Positions 52,800 through 60,860 of a stretch of 60,860 nucleotides of DNA are shown here, one piece after another (position 1 is the first letter of the stretch; each line of letters opens with the position of its first letter). The position numbers and the translations under genes were made by a program. Source of the DNA: Candidatus Saccharimonadales bacterium (GTDB lineage: Bacteria; Patescibacteriota; Saccharimonadia; Saccharimonadales; 2-12-FULL-41-12); contig JBFIJM010000004.1 in NCBI GenBank assembly GCA_041600715.1, positions 1 to 60,860 on the forward strand, given 5' to 3'. The notes beneath the pieces are model-generated. The model was given only the letters and a program-made list of their open reading frames with translations. It did not search any database and was not told where the DNA came from.

Positions 52800-55187
52800 T
52801 TATAAGAGAGATTCGAGGAATTCATCATCACTCATAGTTTTCCGTTCATATTTTTGACATATTAAGTACCTAACCATATTCTCCAAGTTAGAGAATGAAC
52901 AATGTATACACCACTCTTCTCCTGTTAATAAATTTAATACCCGAAGGTTAGTTATGTTAGCGAGCCACCCGTATACTGCGCATTGTAGAAAATGGGTATC
53001 TGTGAGGGTATGTACACATTTTAATTCCCATATCACTTGATCGGTCGACGTGGTCGACGTGGTCGACGTGGTCGACGTGGTCGACGTGGTCGACGTGGTC
53101 GACGTGGTCGACGTGGTCGACGTGGTCGACGTGGTCGACGTGGTCGACGTGGTCATACTCCTGCCCATCGCCAATACATCTACGCGTCCAATAATAGTCC
53201 TCCCAAGGATATGTTTACTATACTCAACTTCGAAGCGAGCATTTTTGGACAACCTATTTGATAAACGAGCGACAGCTGCCATCAATTTCTTTTTACCAAT
53301 CCACGTATAATTATGTATCTGGTTTAATTTATGTACGTAGTTTGACTGTGTAGCGCAATATTCATTAGCAAGTTTAAGAAGAGTTTGTGGGTTGAATGGT
53401 ATAGGCTTTTCACCGATAGTCATTTTCCCGGTCATCTTATATTCAAGGAATGCCGGTATAGCAACGCCGGTGATTTCCCCAACCTGTTCATATAGATCTT
53501 GTTGTTTTGTCTTGATCGGTATATCAATAATAACACCTGGGTCAACGGTTTGTTCAGGTACAATATAGCTTAATGCATGGTTGATAACTTTTTGAGGGAG
53601 ATGTTTAAGTAGGTTAGTTACGCCGATCTTATTATTTTCGCCACCATCGCTTATCTTTGGAGCGATTCTATTCATAAGCCTAAAAGCACACGTCTTCGGT
53701 ACTTGCTCGACATTTATAAATGGCAAATAATCATGCTCGTAGTGGTGAAATAACGTTAATAATTCGGTTGCTCTAGTAATTGCTACGTATAATGTATTTG
53801 GGCAGACCATTGGATTTTCTCCCCTGGCGTAGAATTTAAAGTAACTTTCATCGAAATTAAATACAATAATACATTTACGCTCAAGCCCTTTCGCTTGATG
53901 AAAGGTAATGAATGATAACTTACCCTTAAGCACGTCATCATCGAGTCTTTCCTCGTCAGACCCCGGCACAAATATGGGTATACCAAAACCTGATAAAGTG
54001 TTCGCCAGTCGTATCACCGGTGATTTTGATGATTTAACACTAGGACTAAGTATAAAGATGTCTTCAGGTTTGTATCTGATAAGATACAGTTGAAGAATCT
54101 CGGCCACCCTGCTTGAAAAAGCATTACACACGTAGTATTGAACATCTGGCCCGGATTTCACCGCATTCATGCGGTTACCTTTGAGGCATGCCAGGTTAAT
54201 AAAATTTGCCATCTGATGTGTTATACGGTATGAAGTCGATAATTTCTTAGATGTCCAGGTAGCTGGTTGTGAGCCTGCCGAACTAACCGGCAAGCTCCAT
54301 ATTCTATCGACGAGAGTAATAAATCGATGGTCCGCCCCGTTAAATTGATATATTGACTGATTCTTATCTCCAAGTATTATAAGTTGACATATACCATTTT
54401 GTCGTATTATCATCGACATGAATTTATAATATAATAAAGACATGTCTTGGGCTTCATCGATGATTATAATGTCATAATGCCGGCTTGGTAAATCTTCCTC
54501 ACCTAAATCTATGGGGTCAAGATCATCGCTCGACTCTTCGTCTTCGTCTTCGTCTTCGTCTTCGTCTTCGTCTTCGTCTTCGTCTTCGTCTTCGTCTTCG
54601 TCTTCCGACCCGATGGCAAATTTTTTACCTGCTTCGTTATCATCTATGTCACTACCATCTCCATACATGGAGACTGTATTTGTTGATTTCGTCTTTATTG
54701 AGTTGCGAACTACTCTGATTAATCCAGCATCGGTCGAGCACGACGTGTTATAATATTTATACCCGTACGAATGGTAACTATGTACTTCGATATTTTTTAA
54801 ACCTATTTGTTGCACTTTTACTCGGGTCTCCATTTTTAGTTTAGCATTATAGGTTATCAGAAGGATTTTTTTATCCAAGTTAGCCCTAGCGAGATGTAGA
54901 ATTGTGGTTGTCTTTCCACTGCCGGCAATCGCATCAACAACAATATTACCCTTTACCTCTATAATTTCCTTCTGCTCTAGTGAGGGTTTCGGTAAAATAC
55001 TCACCCACATGGATGATCGGGATATTTTTTTATCAGTCGGAGGATGCTCACCAAAAATGTACTTGTACTCAGGGAGCGAGGTTAATATTTTACCCTCGCA
55101 CATATTAGTAAACACTAACTCATCAGAGTCTTCGTCAGATTCATCATCTGAATCGATCATGGAACGTACGAGTTTTAGTCTACTCAT
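52800..55187 (-). CDS. UvrD/Rep-like SF1 helicase fused to a C-terminal PD-(D/E)xK (RecB/Cas4-like) nuclease
   Basis: Walker A AIAGSGKTTT (nt ~54911..54927), motif II IIIDEAQD, FITFHQAKGLE, LYVAITRATE. The C-terminus has GRVDVL ... ELKCV ... QCAVYGW (D, ExK and QxxxY nuclease motifs). The (ED)n repeat is at 54535..54600 and the (TST)12 repeat at 53044..53151. Confidence 0.8.
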   Translation of the reverse strand: MSRLKLVRSMIDSDDESDEDSDELVFTNMCEGKILTSLPEYKYIFGEHPPTDKKISRSSMWVSILPKPSLEQKEIIEVKGNIVVDAIAGSGKTTTILHLARANLDKKILLITYNAKLKMETRVKVQQIGLKNIEVHSYHSYGYKYYNTSCSTDAGLIRVVRNSIKTKSTNTVSMYGDGSDIDDNEAGKKFAIGSEDEDEDEDEDEDEDEDEDEDEDEESSDDLDPIDLGEEDLPSRHYDIIIIDEAQDMSLLYYKFMSMIIRQNGICQLIILGDKNQSIYQFNGADHRFITLVDRIWSLPVSSAGSQPATWTSKKLSTSYRITHQMANFINLACLKGNRMNAVKSGPDVQYYVCNAFSSRVAEILQLYLIRYKPEDIFILSPSVKSSKSPVIRLANTLSGFGIPIFVPGSDEERLDDDVLKGKLSFITFHQAKGLERKCIIVFNFDESYFKFYARGENPMVCPNTLYVAITRATELLTLFHHYEHDYLPFINVEQVPKTCAFRLMNRIAPKISDGGENNKIGVTNLLKHLPQKVINHALSYIVPEQTVDPGVIIDIPIKTKQQDLYEQVGEITGVAIPAFLEYKMTGKMTIGEKPIPFNPQTLLKLANEYCATQSNYVHKLNQIHNYTWIGKKKLMAAVARLSNRLSKNARFEVEYSKHILGRTIIGRVDVLAMGRSMTTSTTSTTSTTSTTSTTSTTSTTSTTSTTSTTSTTSTDQVIWELKCVHTLTDTHFLQCAVYGWLANITNLRVLNLLTGEEWCIHCSFSNLENMVRYLICQKYERKTMSDDEFLESLL
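53044..53151. repeat. 9-bp in-frame tandem repeat (GTCGACGTG) x12
   Basis: Counted unit by unit. It encodes (TST)n on the minus strand, inside the nuclease domain of 52800..55187. Confidence 0.95.
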
Positions 55188-55229
55188 TATAATGAGTACT
55201 TGTAATTAGTATAGAGGGTATTCAAATTT

Positions 55230-55931
55230 TTACCATATAAAGTATAATACTCCAACCGCTATAATAGCTAGAACTGTTGATGTGTATACGAAGTCAATGC
55301 CGACAACTGACGTCGTAGGTAGAGGCGTTGCGTTTTTTTCCGGCAACTCTAGTATTTTTATTACTTTGTCTATGAATTCACTTGTGTAATTATTTATAAC
55401 TGTTGTCACCGGGGTGATTTTGTCCAGGGATTGCTCAGATTTATGCATTACAACATTATATTTTTGATCGCCTAGGTCACTTGGGTCGCCATTTGAGTTG
55501 ATAAATGCTGGGGGAATAGGTTTAATTTTAATCACAAGCCCACCCATTTGGTAAATAGCATCAGCTTCATCTTGATATCGAATCCCCTCGATTACATAAT
55601 TTCGCCCTTTATTTTCAAGATTGCTTAATTCTCTAATCATACATTTGACCCATATGTCAGAGAATTTACCCATTACTTGGGGTAGAAATTCTCGACAAAC
55701 TTCTGTCCCAAATTTTTGAAGGAACTCGCGGGCGGATACTTTCCAATATTTATTTATCTCTAGTTTTTGTTCCTGAGTACCCCATAATTGATGATGTTCA
55801 AAGCCAATGACCGCCGCTATCTCCTTGAGTGGTTTGGCCATCTCATATTTCGTGAACCCATAATCATTCGTTAATATAGATGTTATGTATGTTTTGCCAG
55901 ATCCTATATTTCCACATATGCCAACAATCAT
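55230..55931 (-). CDS. P-loop dNMP-kinase-like protein with C-terminal TM anchor
   Basis: MIVGICGNIGSGKTY (Walker A), followed by FAKPLKE-like MAKPLKEIAAVIG and REFLQKFGTEVCR, as in T4-type deoxynucleotide monophosphate kinases. Hydrophobic C-terminus: VLAIIAVGVLYFIW. Confidence 0.65.
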   Translation of the reverse strand: MIVGICGNIGSGKTYITSILTNDYGFTKYEMAKPLKEIAAVIGFEHHQLWGTQEQKLEINKYWKVSAREFLQKFGTEVCREFLPQVMGKFSDIWVKCMIRELSNLENKGRNYVIEGIRYQDEADAIYQMGGLVIKIKPIPPAFINSNGDPSDLGDQKYNVVMHKSEQSLDKITPVTTVINNYTSEFIDKVIKILELPEKNATPLPTTSVVGIDFVYTSTVLAIIAVGVLYFIW

Positions 55932-55989
55932 ATTGTACTAAACAGAAAATTGAAATATACATATAACATATAACATATAACAATTTTAG

Positions 55990-57417
55990 ATGGCAAAAGA
56001 ACAAGCTCTATCGGGCATATCGGGCGACTGGAAGAAGGTGTTGAACGGCGGAAAAGCCGCTAAACTACTAGTAAAAGTGTTTGAAGAACTCAAGGACGTT
56101 GATGAAAAAACCTTGTGTCCAAGCATAAAGGACATCTTTAATGCGTTTAGATTCCCATTTGAGCAAGTATCGGTGATTATCATAGGACAAGATCCATATC
56201 ATACCCCTGGCCACGCTCATGGTTTAAGTTTTAGCTCTTTGGCAGACACGGTACCGCCATCCCTTCACAAAATTTATAAATGTCTACAGACAGATGGATT
56301 AATTGGGTCAGATGCAGGTCCCGCATCGGGGGACCTGACCCCTTTGCGAGATCAAGGGGTACTTTTACTCAATAGTGCATTGACTACTGTTCACGGTAAA
56401 CCTGGTGCTCATATTAAGATTTGGAGTGCCTACATCGACTCCGTAATACATCGAATAAACGCTCTTTCTCTAAAGAAAGATAATAAACTTATATACTTGC
56501 TTTGGGGCGCCGATGCGCAGAAAAAGGCTGATGCAAAAAAGAAAAACCTAATGGACAAACACATAGTACTTACTGCAGCGCATCCAATGGCTTACCTAAA
56601 AGATTCCGACGAATTATCGTTCGTCCAGTGCGGACACTTCCTGCAGGCGAATAAATTGCTGAAGGGCATGGATAAACATGTTATTGACTGGGATTGGTCG
56701 TCTTCGTCGTCTTCGTCGCCTGAGTCGCCTGCGTCGCCTGAGTCGCCTGCGTCGCCTGCGTCGCCTGCGTCGCCTGCGTCGCCTGCGTCGCCTGCCGTGA
56801 CTACAGAAAAATCCAGGGCACAGATTCGCAGATATTTTACAGGAGGTGAACGAACATGTGTATGCTTTACCGATGGGTCATGCAGTCCAAATAAGAGATG
56901 TCCGGAAGCGCAAGGTGGATACGCAACTGTATTTACTCAAGGATTGTTAAACGATACTCGCATCTACGGATCTCTAAATACTGAAAAGAACTTTGCGTCA
57001 AATATGCGTGCAGAAGGATATGCTATTCTTCGAGGTCTTCAATATGCAAGTGATGAAAAGCATATTGAAGACTGGGATGTCTTTGTTGTCGTCACCGATA
57101 ATCTTAAATGGATGGAAATGATAACTCAGGACATGGCATCTTGGTCACCAGAAAAATTCGCCACTCAGTCAAATCCGGATATTACTTTACCACTATGGCA
57201 GCTATGGAAGAAGATGGAGTTTGAAAATGAAAAGAAGATGATTATTCTCCACATGAAATCCCACGATAAAGATGGGTGGAGCAGGTACCCTGATGGTAGC
57301 TACGAGAAATATTGTTACGAGCAAAATAAGTACGTAGATATTTTAGCTAAATATGCTCGTGAAGAAATGGACCGAGGTGATGAGTCTATTGATGCAGCTG
57401 AATATGAATCAGAATAA
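55990..57417 (+). CDS. Fusion of a family-1 uracil-DNA glycosylase with RNase H1
   Basis: UDG part: VIIIGQDPYHTPGHAHGLSFS (water-activating GQDPYH loop) and TAAHPMAYL (HPSPLS-equivalent). RNase H part: CFTDGSC...GGYATVF, NMRAEGYAILRGLQYA, VVVTDNLKWMEMI, HMKSH...NKYVDILAKYA (D-E-D-D pattern). The (SPA/SPE)9 linker is encoded at 56716..56796. Confidence 0.8.
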   Translation: MAKEQALSGISGDWKKVLNGGKAAKLLVKVFEELKDVDEKTLCPSIKDIFNAFRFPFEQVSVIIIGQDPYHTPGHAHGLSFSSLADTVPPSLHKIYKCLQTDGLIGSDAGPASGDLTPLRDQGVLLLNSALTTVHGKPGAHIKIWSAYIDSVIHRINALSLKKDNKLIYLLWGADAQKKADAKKKNLMDKHIVLTAAHPMAYLKDSDELSFVQCGHFLQANKLLKGMDKHVIDWDWSSSSSSSPESPASPESPASPASPASPASPASPAVTTEKSRAQIRRYFTGGERTCVCFTDGSCSPNKRCPEAQGGYATVFTQGLLNDTRIYGSLNTEKNFASNMRAEGYAILRGLQYASDEKHIEDWDVFVVVTDNLKWMEMITQDMASWSPEKFATQSNPDITLPLWQLWKKMEFENEKKMIILHMKSHDKDGWSRYPDGSYEKYCYEQNKYVDILAKYAREEMDRGDESIDAAEYESE

Positions 57418-57430
57418 ACAGTCACACCTA

Positions 57431-57437
57431 TTTTTTT
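57431..57437 (+). terminator. T7 run 14 nt downstream of the UDG-RNase H stop
   Basis: Read directly from the sequence. Confidence 0.4.
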
Positions 57438-57489
57438 ATTAGTGTAAATAAATTTTGTAAGGGTATTTTGCTTTGGTAATATAGGCAAT

Positions 57490-59985
57490 ATGGAAAAAGC
57501 ATTGCGCGATTTGATAAAAACTCGTTGGATCCAACTAAATGTTTACAACGGCATGTTATTTAATGACTTCTTTAGCCCAGTGTCTCTGAAAAAACCTAAA
57601 GCATATTATATTAAGGCCCGGCAGATTTTAGAGAGAAATCTCTCGGATATCCAGAATCAAGCTAAGAAAACACCAGTTCATTTACATAAAGGTTTACTAG
57701 ACAGGGTGAACCGATTATTTGACTCATATAAGAGTATACTCAATGATAACTTTGCTAAACATGTTATAGATACCGAACGAGTAGAAATTAAGACACCTCG
57801 TACACAACCTTTACCAGATATTGTCTATAAAGGAGTCGACGTAAAGCAGTTTAGTAAAAGTGAGGAGGCCCATATGAAAGCAATCCGAGAGGCTAAATTG
57901 GCGGACGCAATCAATCGGCATAAAGCTGTAATTGATGCCAAGAATCAGGCTAACGCGTTGCTACAACAGATGGAACAAAACCTAAGCAACTTAAATAAGA
58001 TGCTACAAAATATCCGTGAATTGGAAGATAAAATTAAAGAAGAAGAGGATAAATGGGTACGAGCTAAGGCTGAAGCTAATTCAGTTATTTTGGAAGCTCA
58101 GCGGAAAGCTGAGGAAGCTCAGCGGGAAGCTGAGGAAGCTCAGCGGAAAGCTGAGGAAGCTAGGTTGGAAGCTCAGCGGGAAACTAGGTTGGAAGCTCAG
58201 CGGAAAGCTGAGGAAGCTAAGCTGAAATCTGAGAAAGCTGAGCGGGAAGCTCAGCGGGAAGCTCAGCGGAAAGCTGAGGAAGCTCAGCGGAAAGCTGAGG
58301 AAGCTCAGCGGAAAACTCAGCGGGAAGCTGAGGAAGCTCAGCGGGAAGCTAAGCAGAAAGCTGAGGAAGCTGAGCGGGAAGCTAAGCAGAAAGCTGAGGA
58401 AGCTAAGCAGAAAGCTGAGCGGGAAGCTAAGCAGAAAGCTGAGCGGGAAGCTAGGTTGGAAGCTGAGCGGGAAGCTAAGCAGAAAGCTGAGCGGGACGCT
58501 AGGTTGAAAGTTGAGCGGGAAGCTAGGTTGGATGCTGAGGTAGCTAAGTGGAAAGCTGAGAGAGCTAAGTTGAAAGCTGAGGAAGCTCAGCGGGAAGCTG
58601 AGCGGGAAGCTGAGGAAGCTAAGTTGAAAACTCAGCGGGAAGCTGAGGAAGCTAAGTTGAAAGTTGAGCGGGAAGCTAGGTTGGATGCTGAGGTAGCTAA
58701 GTGGAAAGCTGAGGAATCTGAGCGGGAAGCTAAGCAGAAAGCTGAGCGGGACGCTAGGGTGAAAGATCAGATAATTAAGTTGGCAGCTGAGTTGAAAGAT
58801 GAGAGAGCTAAGCAGGAAGCTGAGCGGAAAGCTGAGGAAGCTAAGTTGAAAACTAAGCATGAAGCTGAGCGGAAAGCTGAGCGGGAAGATAAACCGGAGG
58901 AGATAAAAACAGAAGCTCAAAGTAGTAAAACGAAGGCGGAAGCGACCTGGATTGAACAAACTAGTCATGGTCCTGCGAAATCAAAATCCACTTCTAATGT
59001 CGAAAGTGTTCAAGAATACCTTTTAAATCAACAAAAAAAATCAGAAATGGCATTCAAACAATGCTTAACTGAAGAATTCAAATGGGTGGATAGAATAGGC
59101 AATCCTTATTTCGGTGTGGAACATACTGAAAAATTCGTGACAGATATGATTCATAGAGAACATTGCTTTAAGCTATTGAATATTATGAATTGGTACTCTG
59201 AAAAATTAAAAAAAATTAAGAGTTCTAAAAAATCGAGTATTGATTTGAGTGATCTTAAACAAGAAGAGACGATGATGATAGGTGCTGAGCAAAAAAAGTA
59301 TTTAGTCTCTAAAGAAGAAAAAATCAAGTATCTTATGAATAAATATCCGGAAATTTTCCGGAAACGTGAAGAGCATAAGAAACGTTTGGAAAAAAAAAAG
59401 AAAAAAGATTTATTAGTAAAGGAACATAAAGGGTATACGGAACTTTTGGAAGAAAAAAAGAAAGAAAAAGAATTATTGGTACCAAAATACTCCTCATTTA
59501 TCTCGCCCATATCCATAAAACAGATAAATGAGATAACTAAATTAGATAAGGAAATTAGTAAGCTGGAAAGTAAGGTTAGATTACTCAGGGAACGAATAGA
59601 ATTAATTAATATTACAGGAGGTCGTAATGAGTCGTCACCGAGCACATCAATAGAAAGAAAACATTTATTAAAACAATCTGATGTAGACGATGCCTCGCCA
59701 ACTTCATTGTCTACACCTCTTTTAATCGAACCCACAACAGAAGATTCATCTACCAACATGTTGTATGTAAACAACCCAAACATATTTACATCGGGAGGAA
59801 GAACAAAATATACGGGGGGGCAAGAAATTAATGATGTCGATCCGACTAGCGCAATCATATTAGGAGTGGGATGTGGGATGGCATTTATTATGCAGAACAT
59901 TTTAGTATTTATAATAATAGCTCTTATTATTATTATATATTATACTTGTACACCTTTACTGGTTCAAAATGAAGTCTGCGTCTGA
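57490..59985 (+). CDS. Tail-anchored long coiled-coil protein with ~270-aa E/A/K/R/Q 8-residue repeat region
   Basis: 831-aa ORF. The repeats (AQRKAEEA / AEREAKQK) are encoded at about 58081..58900. C-terminal TM segment: ILGVGCGMAFIMQNILVFIIIALIIIIYY. Confidence 0.7.
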   Translation: MEKALRDLIKTRWIQLNVYNGMLFNDFFSPVSLKKPKAYYIKARQILERNLSDIQNQAKKTPVHLHKGLLDRVNRLFDSYKSILNDNFAKHVIDTERVEIKTPRTQPLPDIVYKGVDVKQFSKSEEAHMKAIREAKLADAINRHKAVIDAKNQANALLQQMEQNLSNLNKMLQNIRELEDKIKEEEDKWVRAKAEANSVILEAQRKAEEAQREAEEAQRKAEEARLEAQRETRLEAQRKAEEAKLKSEKAEREAQREAQRKAEEAQRKAEEAQRKTQREAEEAQREAKQKAEEAEREAKQKAEEAKQKAEREAKQKAEREARLEAEREAKQKAERDARLKVEREARLDAEVAKWKAERAKLKAEEAQREAEREAEEAKLKTQREAEEAKLKVEREARLDAEVAKWKAEESEREAKQKAERDARVKDQIIKLAAELKDERAKQEAERKAEEAKLKTKHEAERKAEREDKPEEIKTEAQSSKTKAEATWIEQTSHGPAKSKSTSNVESVQEYLLNQQKKSEMAFKQCLTEEFKWVDRIGNPYFGVEHTEKFVTDMIHREHCFKLLNIMNWYSEKLKKIKSSKKSSIDLSDLKQEETMMIGAEQKKYLVSKEEKIKYLMNKYPEIFRKREEHKKRLEKKKKKDLLVKEHKGYTELLEEKKKEKELLVPKYSSFISPISIKQINEITKLDKEISKLESKVRLLRERIELINITGGRNESSPSTSIERKHLLKQSDVDDASPTSLSTPLLIEPTTEDSSTNMLYVNNPNIFTSGGRTKYTGGQEINDVDPTSAIILGVGCGMAFIMQNILVFIIIALIIIIYYTCTPLLVQNEVCV

Positions 59986-60860
59986 GGCGAAACAGTTCGT
60001 CAATTCATTTTTTAATATGATGCGCGAAAAAAACGAAAACACTCGTTCTGTGGAATTTTCTGTCGCTCATAAACATATCCTGCAAGACATTGACAATGAG
60101 CTACATCTTTTTAATGTTGGGAAGGGAGTATATAAAGGATTAACCACACCTCAGAAAGAAAAAAAATACCGAGCAACTCTTAAGCATATTTTATCAAAGA
60201 CATATAATGGGTATAAAAGTCATATAGAGGATGTTTTTGTTGAAACTGACACATCAGTGACTTATACTGAGGAAGAATTGGAACAAAAAATCATTGAGAA
60301 AGAACGACTAATAACTAGAATTATTGAACCGCGTCCATATGAATCTGGACAATACTTAGATGAAATAATAAAAAATCAGGAAGCCGCCATTCGCAATGAG
60401 CACGAGCTGCTTAATGACCTTGAAGCTAAAAATACTATTGTTGTAGATGATATCCGAAAAGCCGCTGGCGTGGACCCGGAAAATCCACAAACGGTCGACG
60501 AAATAATAAAATTTAACAGCGAATATCGTGCGGCTAAGCTCGAAAAATTGCAGGTTGTACGGGAGCAGAAAAGTGGAATTGATGAATTAGTTCGGCTAAC
60601 CAAGCTAATTCAAGGTTTAAAAGGCGACCCAGTACAGTTCAATGAAGTTGTTAAAGAGATACATCGTATAATTAAAAAAACCGAGGAAAAAATTGACGAC
60701 AACCTAAAAATACTACATGAAAAACACTTAAAAGAAGGAAAAGTGCGTATAACAAAAGAAGAAGAAGAAAACACAGCCCGACAAGAGGAGGAGGAGGAGG
60801 AGGAGGCGCGACGTAAAGCGGATGCGGAGGCGCGACGTAAAGCGGATGCGGAGGCGCGAC
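59969..60860 (+). CDS. Hypothetical coiled-coil protein, 5' partial (runs off window end); absent from supplied ORF track
   Basis: I translated by hand from ATG 59969 (MKSASEAKQFVNSFFNMMREKNE...) and found no stop up to 60860. It ends in poly-Glu and a 24-bp repeat encoding ARRKADAE. It overlaps the upstream gene by 17 nt. Confidence 0.6.
   Translation, partial: MKSASEAKQFVNSFFNMMREKNENTRSVEFSVAHKHILQDIDNELHLFNVGKGVYKGLTTPQKEKKYRATLKHILSKTYNGYKSHIEDVFVETDTSVTYTEEELEQKIIEKERLITRIIEPRPYESGQYLDEIIKNQEAAIRNEHELLNDLEAKNTIVVDDIRKAAGVDPENPQTVDEIIKFNSEYRAAKLEKLQVVREQKSGIDELVRLTKLIQGLKGDPVQFNEVVKEIHRIIKKTEEKIDDNLKILHEKHLKEGKVRITKEEEENTARQEEEEEEEARRKADAEARRKADAEAR

Overview
Gene-dense, AT-biased window with about 55 protein-coding genes on both strands. 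I saw no rRNA, tRNA or CRISPR array. Intergenic regions are very short and AT-rich. The gene content points to a nucleocytoplasmic large DNA virus (Nucleocytoviricota). It includes a tri-functional mRNA capping enzyme, a VP39-like cap 2'-O-methyltransferase, two D6/D11-like SNF2 helicases, an A18/XPB-like helicase, an Rpb7-like subunit, an Ulp1-like protease, a dual-specificity phosphatase, a thioredoxin and a family-1 UDG. TATATA-like motifs upstream of ATGs, T-runs after stops and a long Rpb7-like ORF recall asfarvirus-like or amoeba-infecting giant viruses, but the taxon cannot be fixed without a database search. Main observations: (1) one 1515-aa ORF with four consecutive tubulin-tyrosine-ligase-like ATP-grasp modules, flanked by a (D/N/S)PPY methyltransferase-GNAT fusion and an Ulp1-like protease; (2) a UDG-RNase H fusion next to a UvrD-like helicase/PD-(D/E)xK nuclease and a dNMP kinase; (3) a double methyltransferase (class I SAM MTase plus VP39-like) near the capping enzyme; (4) ubiquitin-system genes: a decaying tandem array of F-box-like/WD40 paralogs, a Josephin-type deubiquitinase, and a possible MIU-motif Cys/His protein; (5) many in-frame, GC-rich short tandem repeats inside otherwise AT-rich genes, often at domain boundaries; (6) a MITE-like 98-bp element at the truncation point of a dead paralog; (7) an ORF missing from the supplied track that starts at 59969 and runs off the 3' end. 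All functional calls come from motifs read by eye in the translations. No searches or computations were run.
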